Notes: generated from the sequence alone by a model not told the origin. Shown: positions 46,815 through 56,778, numbered from the stretch's first letter. The stretch is 64,000 nucleotides of DNA from Papillibacter sp. (GCA_012838125.1 DUPW01000044.1:3715-67714); one strand, 5' to 3'. Translations and numbers: made by a program.

Positions 46815-46859
46815 AAAACTAACTAACGGAGGATGTGGCATGAGAGGGAGTTTGAGCGC

Positions 46860-47243
46860 ATGAAGATTTATGAATCCGCCGAAAATTATCTGGAGACGAT
46901 TTTTATATTAAGTATGCGCAACGCCGTTGTCCGCTCGGTTGATATCGCTTCCGAGCTAGATTTTACGCGCCCGAGCGTGAGCATCGCCATGAAGAACCTG
47001 CGTGAGAAGGGCCTGATTGAGATGGACTCAAACGGCCACATCACCCTCACGGATTCCGGCCTTGCCATCGCCGAGGAGATGTATGAGCGCCATACCGTCC
47101 TGTCCCAGTGGCTCATGTCCCTCGGTGTGGACGAGAAAAACGCCCTCGAAGACGCCTGCCGCATTGAACATATCATCAGTCACGAGAGTTTTGAGGCCAT
47201 TAAGCGGCATTACGAGGAAGGGAAAAGCCTTCAGTCAGAATAA
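46860..47243 (+). CDS. mntR: DtxR/MntR family metal-dependent transcriptional repressor
   Basis: ENYLETIFIL..VRSVDIASELDFTRPSVSIAMKNLREKGLI..ACRIEHIISHES. Confidence 0.88.
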   Translation: MKIYESAENYLETIFILSMRNAVVRSVDIASELDFTRPSVSIAMKNLREKGLIEMDSNGHITLTDSGLAIAEEMYERHTVLSQWLMSLGVDEKNALEDACRIEHIISHESFEAIKRHYEEGKSLQSE

Positions 47244-47268
47244 GTCGAAAGTCTGTCGAATAAGGTTG

Positions 47269-47300
47269 ACGCGCATCGAAAGGATGCGCGTTTTCGTTTT
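47269..47300 (+). terminator. intrinsic terminator after mntR
   Basis: ACGCGCATC-GAAAG-GATGCGCGT followed by TTTCGTTTT. Confidence 0.8.
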
Positions 47301-47477
47301 ATAGGCGTGTTTCGTTACGGAAATGTTTCATTCTTTGCACCAACCTAAAAGAACGCATACAACAAAACCAAATGAGGAAAACTTCGGGTGAGACGAAAAT
47401 ACCTTAAGCAGAACGCGGCATGCCTCAGCGGACTGGATAGTAAGCGGAAATGTTAAATTCAGTCAGCCAATTCAAGG

Positions 47478-47507
47478 TGAATAGTTACCCGTCTGCTGAG
47501 GATACTA
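47478..47507 (+). promoter_or_regulatory. forespore-type (sigma-G/sigma-F-like) promoter upstream of spoVT
   Basis: TGAATA (47478-47483), 17-nt spacer, GATACTA (47501-47507). Compare the B. subtilis sigma-G consensus GHATR-N17/18-CATxHTA. spoVT is sigma-G dependent in Bacillus. Confidence 0.5.
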
Positions 47508-47535
47508 CTAATGTGTAAATAAGGGAGGGTCTAAA

Positions 47536-48075
47536 ATGAAAGCAACCGGAATTGTCCGCAGAATTGACGACCTGGGACGTGTTGTTATACCCAAGGAAAT
47601 TCGCCGGACAATGAGAATCCGCGAAGGAGATCCGCTGGAGATATACACCGAAAAAGACGGCGAAGTGATTTTCAAAAAATACTCTCCGATGGGGGAATGG
47701 AGCGAAAGCGCCAACCAAATCTGTGAAACGCTCTATAAAACGGCAGGCTGCTGCACCGCCGTGGCCGACCGGGATACGTATATTTCCGTATTCGGCGTCC
47801 CCAAACGGGAACTGACGGATAAGCACATCAGCCCGGAACTGGAACAGCTCATGGAAGCGCGCCGGATGTATCAGCGCAAGAGCGGCGAAAAGGGGCTGCC
47901 GATGCTCGACGGCAACGAGAAGTATATCATCGAGACAGCCGCCCCGATTATTTCCGAAGGGGATGTGATGGGCTGCGTCGTCTTCTTCTCGGAGGGCGAG
48001 AAAACCCTCGGCGAAGTGGAATACAAGCTTGCTCAAACCGTAGCCGGCTTTCTTGGGAAACAGTTGGAAGCATAG
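47536..48075 (+). CDS. spoVT: stage V sporulation protein T (AbrB-type N-domain plus GAF-like C-domain)
   Basis: MKATGIVRRIDDLGRVVIPKEIRRTMRIREGDPLEIY is nearly identical to the Bacillus SpoVT N-terminus. 179 aa. Confidence 0.95.
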   Translation: MKATGIVRRIDDLGRVVIPKEIRRTMRIREGDPLEIYTEKDGEVIFKKYSPMGEWSESANQICETLYKTAGCCTAVADRDTYISVFGVPKRELTDKHISPELEQLMEARRMYQRKSGEKGLPMLDGNEKYIIETAAPIISEGDVMGCVVFFSEGEKTLGEVEYKLAQTVAGFLGKQLEA

Positions 48076-48084
48076 TACGTTTTG

Positions 48085-48121
48085 GCGCCGTTTTGTAGTC
48101 TGGCAAAACGGCGCATTTTTT
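48085..48121 (+). terminator. intrinsic terminator after spoVT
   Basis: GCGCCGTTTTG / CAAAACGGCGC stem followed by ATTTTTTAT. Confidence 0.8.
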
Positions 48122-48257
48122 ATGCGCGTCACGCCACGCTGACAAGGAAACGGGAGAGGGACATCATACCGCGCGCTGCAAAACCGATATGACAGGACGG
48201 TAAAAAGGCGGTTTGCCCATTGCGCCGAGGGCGGCGACGCCTTCGTGGGCGCAGTAT

Positions 48258-48300
48258 GAAAAATCGACATAGCGGGGCAGGCCCGCTATGTCGATTTTTT
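48258..48300. terminator. bidirectional hairpin terminator downstream of hpf
   Basis: 18-bp stem AAAAATCGACATAGCGGG / CCCGCTATGTCGATTTTT. Confidence 0.75.
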
Positions 48301-48342
48301 AAGCAATCAGGCTATTTTCGCGCCATGGACAGGCGCATTTTT

Positions 48343-48882
48343 CTATTCCCCTTCAATCAGGCCGTAGCCGCCGTCCTTACGGGCGTAGACAACGGAGAAG
48401 GCGTCGTCCTTTTCGGAGTTGCGGAACACGAAGAAGGTGTGCTCTAGAAGGTTCATCTGCAAAATGGCCTCTTCGGGGGTCATGGGTTTAATGGCGAACC
48501 GTTTGGTACGAACGATACGGAATTCGCTCTCGCTCTCCTCAGCGCCGCCGTCTAAGGTGAAGGCGCGGGTGTCAACATCCGTAGAGCCTTCGCGCAGGCG
48601 CTTTACCAGGCGGGTTTTGTGTTTGCGGATCTGGCTTTCAATTTTCGCCACCGCCGAATCGATGGAGGCGAATATATCGCTTGTGGCTTCCGTGACGCGG
48701 TAGAACATGCCGTTGTTGTTGATGGTGACTTCGACCTTATGCCGGCCGCGCTCGTATGCGAAGGTGACATACGCTTCCGATTCGATTTTAAAGAAACGTT
48801 CGAGCTTCCCAATTTTCTTTTCAGCGTAATCGCGCAGCTCATCAGAAACCTTGTTTTTCTTCTCTGTAAACGTAAACTTCAT
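48343..48882 (-). CDS. hpf: ribosome hibernation promoting factor, long form
   Basis: S30AE N-domain (KFTFTEKKNKVSDELRDYAEKKIGKLERFF) plus C-terminal dimerisation domain (KRFAIKPMTPEEAILQMNLLEHTFFVF). Start at ATG 48882, 9 nt after AAGGAG. TGgTATAAT -10 upstream. Confidence 0.9.
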   Translation of the reverse strand: MKFTFTEKKNKVSDELRDYAEKKIGKLERFFKIESEAYVTFAYERGRHKVEVTINNNGMFYRVTEATSDIFASIDSAVAKIESQIRKHKTRLVKRLREGSTDVDTRAFTLDGGAEESESEFRIVRTKRFAIKPMTPEEAILQMNLLEHTFFVFRNSEKDDAFSVVYARKDGGYGLIEGE

Positions 48883-48983
48883 GCGAGCCATCTCCTTTAC
48901 TGGTTGTATCCGACCGTTCGGGGGACCCACTTCCATTATACCACCGGGTCGGCTCCAATAAAAGACAGTTCGCAAAGATTTCC

Positions 48984-49826
48984 TCAGAGAACGCAGGATG
49001 CGTGCCGCGTGGCGTGGCAGCCCATGTTCACAACGCAGGGCAGCCCCGCGATGTGGGTGGGATACGTCTCGATGCTCACTTTGACCGCCGTGTACCGTCC
49101 GCCGAAGCCCTGGGGGCCGATGCCGAGGCGGTTGATTTTATCGAGCAGGCGCTGTTCCATCTCGGCGTAAAAGGAGTCGGGGTGCGCCATGTGCCCCTCC
49201 CGCAACAGGGCGCGCTTGGCGAGAAGGGCGCACTGTTCCACCGTTCCGCCCAGTCCCACGCCCACCACCACGGGGGGGCAGGGGTTGGAGCCGGCGGAGG
49301 AGACGGTATCCACAATGAAACTCTCAATCGTCTCAAGGCTGTCCGACGGGAGGAATAGGCGCATGGCGCTCATGTTCTCGCTGCCGAACCCCTTCGGGGC
49401 GACGGTGAGACGGAGACTGTCTCCTTCCACAATGCGGAAATGCACAACGGCGGGTGTGTTGTCCCCGGTGTTTTCCCGCCGGATAGGGTCTTTCACCACG
49501 CTTTTGCGCAGATAGCCCTTTTCGTACCCACGGCGCACGCCTTCGTTCACGGCATCTTCAAACAGGCCGCCCGTAATGTGGACATCCTGCCCAATGTCCG
49601 CAAAGACTACCGCCATACCCGTGTCCTGACAAATCGGCAGGCCGCTTGCGGCGGCAAGGCGGAAGTTTTTCACAATGTCCTCAAGGGCCGCCTTTCCGGT
49701 GGGGGAGATTTCCTTTTGGGCCGCGTCCTCAAGTAGACGGCACAAATCAGGGGGCAAAGCCGTGGCCGCTTCGATGCAAAGGCGTTCCACGGCCTCCGTT
49801 ATGGCGGCACTTGGGATAGTCTTCAT
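48984..49826 (-). CDS. class I (Fe-S) fumarate hydratase / L-tartrate dehydratase, alpha subunit only
   Basis: ICQDTGMAVVF..GFGSENMS..NPCPPVVVGVGLGGT..HIAGLPCVVNMGCHATRH. Confidence 0.88.
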   Translation of the reverse strand: MKTIPSAAITEAVERLCIEAATALPPDLCRLLEDAAQKEISPTGKAALEDIVKNFRLAAASGLPICQDTGMAVVFADIGQDVHITGGLFEDAVNEGVRRGYEKGYLRKSVVKDPIRRENTGDNTPAVVHFRIVEGDSLRLTVAPKGFGSENMSAMRLFLPSDSLETIESFIVDTVSSAGSNPCPPVVVGVGLGGTVEQCALLAKRALLREGHMAHPDSFYAEMEQRLLDKINRLGIGPQGFGGRYTAVKVSIETYPTHIAGLPCVVNMGCHATRHASCVL

Positions 49827-49928
49827 ATTAGGAAACCTCCGTAAATCAGTCTCTCATTATTTTAGCACCGGCTGGGCAAATGTACAATGACATTGCCAAA
49901 AAGCCGTGTTACAATAGAGGGAGAAAGG

Positions 49929-50774
49929 ATGATGACCATGCTTAAAATCGGCTGCCACCTCTCCTCCTCCGGCGGATACCTCGCTATGGGGAAAACGGCC
50001 GTATCCATAGACGCAAACGTCTTTCAGTTTTTCACCCGCAACCCTCGGGGCGGTGCGGTGAAGCCCCTCAACTTAGAGGACATCAAGGCGTACAACGCCT
50101 TTGCCGAGGAAAACGGCATCGCGGAAGTCCTCGCCCACGCCCCCTACACCCTCAACGCCTGCTCGGACAAGGCCCACCTGAGGAGATTCGCCCGGGACAC
50201 CATGGCCGACGATATCAGCCGGCTTGAGAATGTGAGAAGCGCCATGTACAACTTCCACCCCGGAAGCCACGTGGGGCAGGGCGTGGAGGCGGGCATCGAC
50301 ATGATTGCCGCCATGCTCAACGACGTGCTCTTTCCGGAGCAGAAAACCCTTATCCTTTTGGAGACGATGGCGGGGAAGGGCTCGGAAGTGGGCGGCCGGT
50401 TTGAGGAGCTGCGGGCCATTATCGACAAAGTCATGCTGCAGGACAAGATAGGAGTCTGCCTTGACACCTGCCACGTCTACGACGCGGGATACGATATAGC
50501 AGGCGACTTAGACGGGGTGCTGGCGGAGTTTGACCGGATCGTTGGCTTAGAGCGCCTGCACGCCATCCACATTAACGACAGCAAAAACCCCTTCGGCAGC
50601 CGCAAGGATCGCCACGAGACCATCGGCAACGGCTCGCTGGGCCTTGAGGCGCTGAAAACCGTCATCAACCACCCGCGACTGAGGCACCTACCCTTTTACC
50701 TTGAAACGCCCAACGAGCTGGAGGGCTACAAGCAGGAGATTGCCCTCCTGCGCAGCATATACGAAGCGGAATAA
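49929..50774 (+). CDS. nfo: deoxyribonuclease IV (endonuclease IV)
   Basis: [63 protein letters not shown]. Start among the clustered ATGs at 49929-49938. Confidence 0.92.
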   Translation: MMTMLKIGCHLSSSGGYLAMGKTAVSIDANVFQFFTRNPRGGAVKPLNLEDIKAYNAFAEENGIAEVLAHAPYTLNACSDKAHLRRFARDTMADDISRLENVRSAMYNFHPGSHVGQGVEAGIDMIAAMLNDVLFPEQKTLILLETMAGKGSEVGGRFEELRAIIDKVMLQDKIGVCLDTCHVYDAGYDIAGDLDGVLAEFDRIVGLERLHAIHINDSKNPFGSRKDRHETIGNGSLGLEALKTVINHPRLRHLPFYLETPNELEGYKQEIALLRSIYEAE

Positions 50775-50827
50775 GGGCGGCGCAAGACTGCGTGAGCGGG
50801 CAAACGCTAGGGACATAAAAACCGAAA

Positions 50828-50863
50828 ACCGGCGAAGGGGTTCCCCTTCGCCGGTCTGTTTTT
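50828..50863. terminator. bidirectional terminator between convergent nfo and proS
   Basis: ACCGGCGAAGGGG / CCCCTTCGCCGGT 13-bp stem followed by CTGTTTTT. Confidence 0.8.
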
Positions 50864-50940
50864 CTTTAATGCAGATGTGCGCTGGTTTAAGACGGATGTG
50901 CGCCGGTTTTATGCCTTCAATCAAGTCCCCATGGCGCGGA

Positions 50941-52377
50941 TTAGTACGCCACACCCCAGACGACCATTTTATCCGCAGGCTTGCCGCAGCAGACGCAGGT
51001 GTCCGCAATGTGTTCCTGCTCGAAGGGGATGCACCGGGAGGAGACGCCCACTTCTTCCTTCATCGCCGTCTCGCAGGCAAGGTCGCCGCACCACATCGCC
51101 TTGATAAAGCCGCCGTGCTCGGCCATAACGGCCTTGGCTTCCTCCATGGACTTAACAGGGCGGGTGTTTTCCGTGAGGTTCTTTTTTGCCTTTTCGTACA
51201 GACCCTTTTCCACGGCATCCAGCAGTTCGGGGATGCGCGTTTCAAGCTCGGTGAGCGGGACGGGGATTTTCTCGCCGTTATCCCGACGGACGGCGATGCA
51301 CTGGCCCTTCTCGATGTCCTTGGGGCCGATTTCGATGCGCAGGGGCACGCCCTTCATCTCGTACTCGGCAAACTTCCAGCCGGGGCTCTGGTCAGACAGG
51401 TCGCTTTTCACCCGCAGGCCGGCCTTCTTCAGCCGCTCCACAAGCTCCGTCGCCTTTTCGGCAACGCCGCCCTTGTGCATGGCGATGGGGATGACCATCA
51501 CCTGAATGGGGGCGATTTTCGGGGGCAGGACAAGGCCGTTATTGTCCCCGTGGGTCATGATGATGCCGCCGATGATGCGGGTGGACACACCCCAGCTCGT
51601 CTGATGGGGATAGGCGAGGGTGTTGTTTTTATCGGTAAACTGGATATCGAAGGCCCGGGCGAAGCCGTCTCCGAAGTAGTGGGAGGTGCCCCCCTGAAGG
51701 GCCTTTTTGTCGTGCATCATGCACTCGATGGTGTACGTGGCCACGGCGCCGGCGAATTTCTCCTTTTCCGTCTTGCGGCCCTTGATGACGGGCATGGCCA
51801 GGTAGTTTTCGCACAGTTCGGCGTAGACGTTCAGCATCTGCTGCGTTTCAGCCTCCGCTTCCTCCGCCGTTGCGTGGAGTGTGTGGCCCTCCTGCCAGAG
51901 GAACTCGCGGCCGCGCAGGAAGGGGCGCGTCGTCTTTTCCCACCGGACGACACTGCACCACTGGTTATAGAGCATGGGCAGGTCCCGCCAGGAGTGGAGG
52001 ACGTGGCTCCAGTGCTCGCAGAAGAGGGTTTCCGATGTGGGGCGGACGCAGAGCCGCTCCGTCAGTTCTTCGCTGCCGCCGTGGGTGACCCAGGCCACTT
52101 CCGGGGCGAAGCCCTCCACGTGGTCTTTCTCCTTCTGCAGGAGGCTTTCCGGGATGAGAACGGGCATGGAGACGTTTTCGTGCCCGAGTTCTTTAAAACG
52201 TTTATCGAGGATGGCTTGGATGTTCTCCCAAATCGCAAAGGCGTACGGTCGCAGAATGAAAAAGCCCTTGACGCCGGAGTAATCAATCAGCTCCGCTTTC
52301 GTGACCACATCCGTAAACCACTGGGCAAAATCGGTTTCCATAGCCGTGATTTGTTCAACACGCTTTTCCTTTGCCAT
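50941..52377 (-). CDS. proS: prolyl-tRNA synthetase, archaeal/eukaryote-like (no editing insertion, C-terminal Zn domain ending in Tyr)
   Basis: [35 protein letters not shown]. Class II motifs. C-terminus [16 protein letters not shown]. Start trimmed to MAKEKRVEQ (ATG 52377, AAGGAG RBS). Confidence 0.93.
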   Translation of the reverse strand: MAKEKRVEQITAMETDFAQWFTDVVTKAELIDYSGVKGFFILRPYAFAIWENIQAILDKRFKELGHENVSMPVLIPESLLQKEKDHVEGFAPEVAWVTHGGSEELTERLCVRPTSETLFCEHWSHVLHSWRDLPMLYNQWCSVVRWEKTTRPFLRGREFLWQEGHTLHATAEEAEAETQQMLNVYAELCENYLAMPVIKGRKTEKEKFAGAVATYTIECMMHDKKALQGGTSHYFGDGFARAFDIQFTDKNNTLAYPHQTSWGVSTRIIGGIIMTHGDNNGLVLPPKIAPIQVMVIPIAMHKGGVAEKATELVERLKKAGLRVKSDLSDQSPGWKFAEYEMKGVPLRIEIGPKDIEKGQCIAVRRDNGEKIPVPLTELETRIPELLDAVEKGLYEKAKKNLTENTRPVKSMEEAKAVMAEHGGFIKAMWCGDLACETAMKEEVGVSSRCIPFEQEHIADTCVCCGKPADKMVVWGVAY

Positions 52378-52515
52378 TCCGCTTCGACTCCTTATATAAA
52401 ATACGAGATTTGTTAACCTTGCCAGTCTATAGAATATTCCCGTCATTGTCAAGCACGGAGGGCTTGGCCGGCTAATACAATGGGGCAGATACTCAAGTAA
52501 GGAGGTATACGTGCA

Positions 52516-52821
52516 TTGAGCTCTTCGGCAAAATTCTACTTTAAACCCGCAGAAGGGGAGTACATAGAGACGAATGTGCGGCTGGAACCTGAAAAAACGG
52601 CGGCAATCTGCGGAACGGTGCGGGATAAGAGCGGCCAGCCGCAAACAGGCGCCCTTGTTCTGCTTTTTCGCTCCGGTCAGGAGAATGTGCTTATTGATCG
52701 TCACATTACCGACGAAGACGGACAGTTTTCGTTCGGCCCCCTTGAGCCGGACGTTCTTTATCTCATAAAGGTCTATAAGAACAATATTAAAATCAGGGAA
52801 CTGGAAATTGTTGCCGAATGA
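52516..52821 (+). CDS. small carboxypeptidase-regulatory-like (CarboxypepD_reg) beta-sandwich domain protein
   Basis: [47 protein letters not shown] start 10 nt after AAGGAGG. Confidence 0.55.
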   Translation: MSSSAKFYFKPAEGEYIETNVRLEPEKTAAICGTVRDKSGQPQTGALVLLFRSGQENVLIDRHITDEDGQFSFGPLEPDVLYLIKVYKNNIKIRELEIVAE

Positions 52822-52964
52822 TAGGGGAAAATTTCAAATTGCCGCCGGAAGATTGTGGAAGTCTTTGCGGCGGCAATTGACTTTAGAGCCAGCACAGAAT
52901 AAAATAATCGGAGACTGCCGCCTTATAAAAAGCGGCAGAAAACCTTTATGGGAGACAAAAACCC

Positions 52965-53933
52965 GTGCAAATAGGACAAGTTCCCGTTTCGTCCCGTTTA
53001 GCCCTCGCGCCCATGGCGGGCGTGTGCGACAGAGCCTTTCGCGCGATATGCCGCGAAAAGGGCGCGGGACTGACGTATACAGAAATGGTCAGCGCCAAGG
53101 CGCTTGTTTATCAGGATTCAAAGACCCGCGGCCTTTTGCGCCTGAGCGATGGGGAGCACCTCGCTGCCGCGCAGATTTTCGGCAGCGACCCGGCGTGCAT
53201 GGGCGAGGCCGCCGCCCTTGCGCTGGAGATTTCCGGCGCAGACTTCATCGACATCAACATGGGATGCCCCGTGGGCAAAATCGTGAAAAGCGGAGACGGC
53301 AGCGCCCTCATGCGGGACCCCGACAAGGCCCAGCGCGTGATTGAAAGCGTCGTAAAAAGCGTCCCTTGCCCCGTCACGGTGAAAATCCGCAAAGGGTGGG
53401 ACAGCGGCAGCATTAACGCCGTGGAGTTTGCCAGAATGGCGGAGGAAGCGGGCGCCGCGGCCATTGCCGTTCACGGACGGACACGGGTGCAGATGTATTC
53501 CGGCAGAGCCGACTGGGACATTATCCGCGCCGTCAAGGAGGCGGTGCGCGTGCCCGTTATTGCAAACGGCGATGTATTCGCTCCGGAGGACGCCGTGCGC
53601 ATCTTAAAGGTCACCGACTGCGATATGGTGATGATTGGCCGAGGGGCCTTCGGCAACCCGTGGCTCTTCCAGCAGGCAAATGCGGCGCTGGAGGGGTTAC
53701 CCATCCCGCCCCTGCCGCCGATACCGGAGCGCATTGACACGGCCCTGCGCCAGCTTGAACTGGCTACTGAGGATAAGGGCGAGCGTGTTGCGTGTCTTGA
53801 GGGGCGGCGCCATTTCGCGTGGTACCTCAAGGGCGTGCGCGGCGCGAGCTTTTTCCGCGAAAAAATTATGAAAGTGGAGACGGTGGAGGAGTTTCGCCGC
53901 CTGGCGGACGTGATGAAACGAGAATTGAGGTGA
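52965..53933 (+). CDS. dusB: tRNA-dihydrouridine synthase
   Basis: LAPMAGVCDRAFR..IDINMGCPV.KIVKSG.GSALM..VTVKIR.GW..AIAVHGRTR. Confidence 0.92.
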   Translation: MQIGQVPVSSRLALAPMAGVCDRAFRAICREKGAGLTYTEMVSAKALVYQDSKTRGLLRLSDGEHLAAAQIFGSDPACMGEAAALALEISGADFIDINMGCPVGKIVKSGDGSALMRDPDKAQRVIESVVKSVPCPVTVKIRKGWDSGSINAVEFARMAEEAGAAAIAVHGRTRVQMYSGRADWDIIRAVKEAVRVPVIANGDVFAPEDAVRILKVTDCDMVMIGRGAFGNPWLFQQANAALEGLPIPPLPPIPERIDTALRQLELATEDKGERVACLEGRRHFAWYLKGVRGASFFREKIMKVETVEEFRRLADVMKRELR

Positions 53934-53937
53934 GGCA

Positions 53938-54582
53938 ATGACGGCTACGGAAGAACGTGACATCATCCGGCGTGTTCTCGAGGGGGACACGCAGGCGTTT
54001 GAGCAGCTCGTTGCCGAAAACGAGAGGAAGGTCTATGCCCTGGCGTTGAAGATGGTGGGCAACGAGGAAGACGCACTGGATATGGCGCAGGAGAGTTTCA
54101 TCAAGGCCTTCTCGGGCCTCAAAGGCTTTCGGGGAGAAAGCCGCTTTTCCGTCTGGCTGTACCGCCTTACATATAATATCTGCATCGACTTTATCAGAAA
54201 ACGCAAGCGCACCCAGACCTACGCGCTGGCCTATACGGACGAGGACGGGGAGACGACGGAGCTGGAGATTGCAGACGAGAGCACCGACCCTGTCGCCATC
54301 ATGGAGACGAACCAGCTTCGCCGGGTGCTGGCTGAATGTGTGGACGCCCTGCCGCCGCATCATAAAGAGATTATCGTCATGCGGGAGATGACGGGCCTGA
54401 GCTATCAGGACATCGCCCGCACTTTGAATATCAGCGAAGGGACGGTCAAATCCCGCCTGGCCCGGGCCCGCAGGAAACTGGCGGAACTGCTGAGAAGAAA
54501 TCCCGGGTTTGACGAGGGAACTTTTATTCAGGAAGACCGTCATACAGGTGAAAGGGAGGTGGAGACGCATGACTTCTTGTGA
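53938..54582 (+). CDS. ECF-type RNA polymerase sigma factor
   Basis: Region 2 (FEQLVAENERKVYALALKMVGNEEDALDMAQESFIKAF..WLYRLTYNICIDFIRK) and region 4 (REMTGLSYQDIARTLNISEGTVKSRLARAR). Confidence 0.9.
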   Translation: MTATEERDIIRRVLEGDTQAFEQLVAENERKVYALALKMVGNEEDALDMAQESFIKAFSGLKGFRGESRFSVWLYRLTYNICIDFIRKRKRTQTYALAYTDEDGETTELEIADESTDPVAIMETNQLRRVLAECVDALPPHHKEIIVMREMTGLSYQDIARTLNISEGTVKSRLARARRKLAELLRRNPGFDEGTFIQEDRHTGEREVETHDFL

Positions 54583-55462
54583 AGAATTTGAGGAGCTTTT
54601 AAGCGCCTTAATCGACGGCGAACTGACGCCGGAAGAACACGAAAAAATTGACGAACACATAACTAAATGCAAGGCGTGCGCGTCTCTGCTGAAGCTGTAT
54701 AAGGCCATGTCAAAGGAGCTTTCGGCGGTGCCGAAGCCGCCGGAGGATTTCCGGAAACGTGTGATGGACCGAATCGCCTCGTTGCCCGGGGAGCCGGGCA
54801 AAAAGCGCGGGAAATTGATATTCATAAAGCCATGGATGACGACGGTTGCGGCCGCGGTCTGTTTAGCGCTGATTCTGCTTGTCTCGCCCCTGCGGGGCGC
54901 CCTGCAGCCGAAAAAGGAGACGGAGGAATCTGCCCAGCTTATGCTCGCCGCCGCCCCGAGCGCCTTCCCGCAGGAGGCGGAAGGGGTCGGAACCTGCGAC
55001 GTGGTGGAGGACGGAGACGAATCAAACGTCTGGTTCAGCGCCTCTGAGGCAACGGACGATTCCGCCTCGCCGGATGAGCCCGTTTCAGGGAAAACGGATA
55101 GTGCGCCGCCGGCGGCGGGGATGGAAAAAGAAGCGCAAGCCCGCGGAAATGACGTCATCGGCGGTATCCAGACGGCGGAACGCCCCACAATGCAGGGCAT
55201 TTTAGGCTATGCGCCCCCGGGGGTATCCTCCATGCCGGAACCCACCATGGAAATGGCGGAAGCGGCGGTGTACTACGCCGTCATCACCGTGCACGGGGAG
55301 ATGCCTGAAGAGCTCACGGACATCGAATTCATGGCGCAGCCGGATGGGTACGAGACGGCGGAGATTCCCGTTGAAACGGCAAGGGCCCTCATTGACGCCG
55401 GATTTGAGGTCGTATACGGCGGCGAAGAGTGCCGAAAAGCCCTCGTGGTCTATTATCCGTAA
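54569..55462 (+). CDS. anti-sigma factor, zf-HC2 N-domain, single TM, extracytoplasmic C-domain of unknown type
   Basis: CEEFEELLSALIDGELTPEEHEKIDEHITKCKAC and TM helix TTVAAAVCLALILLVSPL. Overlaps the sigma gene by 14 nt. Confidence 0.8.
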   Translation: MTSCEEFEELLSALIDGELTPEEHEKIDEHITKCKACASLLKLYKAMSKELSAVPKPPEDFRKRVMDRIASLPGEPGKKRGKLIFIKPWMTTVAAAVCLALILLVSPLRGALQPKKETEESAQLMLAAAPSAFPQEAEGVGTCDVVEDGDESNVWFSASEATDDSASPDEPVSGKTDSAPPAAGMEKEAQARGNDVIGGIQTAERPTMQGILGYAPPGVSSMPEPTMEMAEAAVYYAVITVHGEMPEELTDIEFMAQPDGYETAEIPVETARALIDAGFEVVYGGEECRKALVVYYP

Positions 55463-55523
55463 AGAAAAACGAAAAAACCGCCTGTTTCCGGTAAGGAGAC
55501 AGGCGGTCATTTTTTTAGACAGG

Positions 55524-55895
55524 TTAATCTTTGTTTGGCGAGACGAACTCCACCGCTTCGTCCACATTGCCGGCGAGGATTTTATCCAGCGCGGCGGTGT
55601 AGATTTCCTTTGGCTGAACGCCCACGTAACGGGAGATTTCCTCGCCGTCTTTTAGAAGGAGTACCGTGGGGATGCTCATGATGGCGTACTCCCCCGCCAG
55701 CTCGATTTCCGCGTCAATATCCACCTTTGCAACGGTGACGCCACGGGGGGCATACTCCGCTGCGATGCCGTCAATAATGGGGGCGAGCATTTTACAGGGC
55801 ATACACCAGCCGGCCCAGAAATCCACAAGGGCGATGCCCATCCCTGTTTTCTCGTTAAAATCGTCTTTCGTCAGGTGGAGGACGGTCTCTTCCAT
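55524..55895 (-). CDS. trxA: thioredoxin (active site WCMPC)
   Basis: ALVDFWAGWCMPCKMLAPI..MSIPTVLLLKDGE. Confidence 0.9.
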   Translation of the reverse strand: MEETVLHLTKDDFNEKTGMGIALVDFWAGWCMPCKMLAPIIDGIAAEYAPRGVTVAKVDIDAEIELAGEYAIMSIPTVLLLKDGEEISRYVGVQPKEIYTAALDKILAGNVDEAVEFVSPNKD

Positions 55896-55916
55896 AGCGA
55901 CACAGCCTTTCCTCTG

Positions 55917-56720
55917 TTATTTGCTGCCAGCAAGATACTCAACGGCCGAGAGGACGGCCACAAGCCCTTCTCCCACGGCTTTTGCCACCTGATAGGGCGC
56001 GCCCGTGCAGTCTCCCGCGGCGAAAACGCCGGGGATATTCGTGCGCATCTTCGGGTCCACCTGAATGTGCCCGTCCGCCATCAAAAGCCCCGGCACCAAC
56101 ATGGCCGGCGCGATGGACGGGCGTAGGATAAACACGCCTTCACAGGGAATCTCCTCCCCGTCAGCCGTTACGGATGTAACCTTATGTTCCCCGTTTATGA
56201 CGATTTTTTTCGTTGTGAGGCGCACAACTTCACAGCCAATGGACTCGAGAAACGCCGCCTCCTCCTCTGCTTCCGGCGTCAGGCTGACGACGCAGACCTT
56301 TTTGCCCCGGTAGAGCATCCCATCGCAGGTGGCGCAGTAGGAGACGCCGCTTCCCAGAAGGGCCTCCTCTCCGGGAAACACCGAGGACTGGACAACGCCG
56401 GTGGCGATGACGAGGGCCTTGGCGGACACCATCTCCGCCCCGTAGGAGACGCCGAACTGATTACCCATGGGGAGGACAGAGGTGACGCGCCCACGAATCA
56501 TCTCCGCGCCGATGCCGGCGGCGTGCATGGAGAATTTATTGAGGAGCTCCGCGCCGGAGACGGCGGGGAAACCGGGGTAGTTATCGACCTTTGCGGCTTT
56601 ATACAGGCCGCTGTCCGTTCTGTTGTTGGAGACGACGGCCACGCTTTTGTTGCGCATTTTTGCGGTGATGGCGGCAGAGAGACCGGCCGGACCGCTGCCT
56701 ATGACGACGATATCGTACAT
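55917..56720 (-). CDS. thioredoxin-reductase-like flavoprotein lacking NADPH-binding motifs (ferredoxin/other-donor-dependent TrxR class)
   Basis: FAD motif VVIGSGPAGLSAA, redox CATCDG, GVFAAGDC. The region where TrxB has GGGNSA and HRRDxFR reads VVSLTPEAEEEA and VVRLTTKK. Confidence 0.8.
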   Translation of the reverse strand: MYDIVVIGSGPAGLSAAITAKMRNKSVAVVSNNRTDSGLYKAAKVDNYPGFPAVSGAELLNKFSMHAAGIGAEMIRGRVTSVLPMGNQFGVSYGAEMVSAKALVIATGVVQSSVFPGEEALLGSGVSYCATCDGMLYRGKKVCVVSLTPEAEEEAAFLESIGCEVVRLTTKKIVINGEHKVTSVTADGEEIPCEGVFILRPSIAPAMLVPGLLMADGHIQVDPKMRTNIPGVFAAGDCTGAPYQVAKAVGEGLVAVLSAVEYLAGSK

Positions 56721-56778
56721 AGAGGGCCTCCTTTCGTACGCCTTTCCGGTAAGATGTGCTTATTTTACCATAGCCGCA

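Noticed and set aside
50874-50909. Direct repeat GATGTGCGC(T/C)GGTTT present twice with 21-nt periodicity, downstream of the nfo/proS terminator.
   Set aside because: There are only two copies, with no flanking array, no associated gene and no palindromic operator character. It is most likely a local duplication.
50701-52416. 571-aa plus-strand ORF, and similar long ORFs at 129-1103 (+), 1069-2112 (-), 25951-27078 (+), 20597-21421 (+), 12536-13540 (-), 53866-55200 (-), 9315-10166 (-).
   Set aside because: All are antisense to strongly supported housekeeping genes (proS, miaB, the alr-like gene, hisD, hisJ, rluD, sigma/anti-sigma, ileS). Their translations are Arg/Gly/Ala/Pro-rich with no motifs. 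This is the typical stop-codon depletion seen on the opposite strand in GC-rich DNA.
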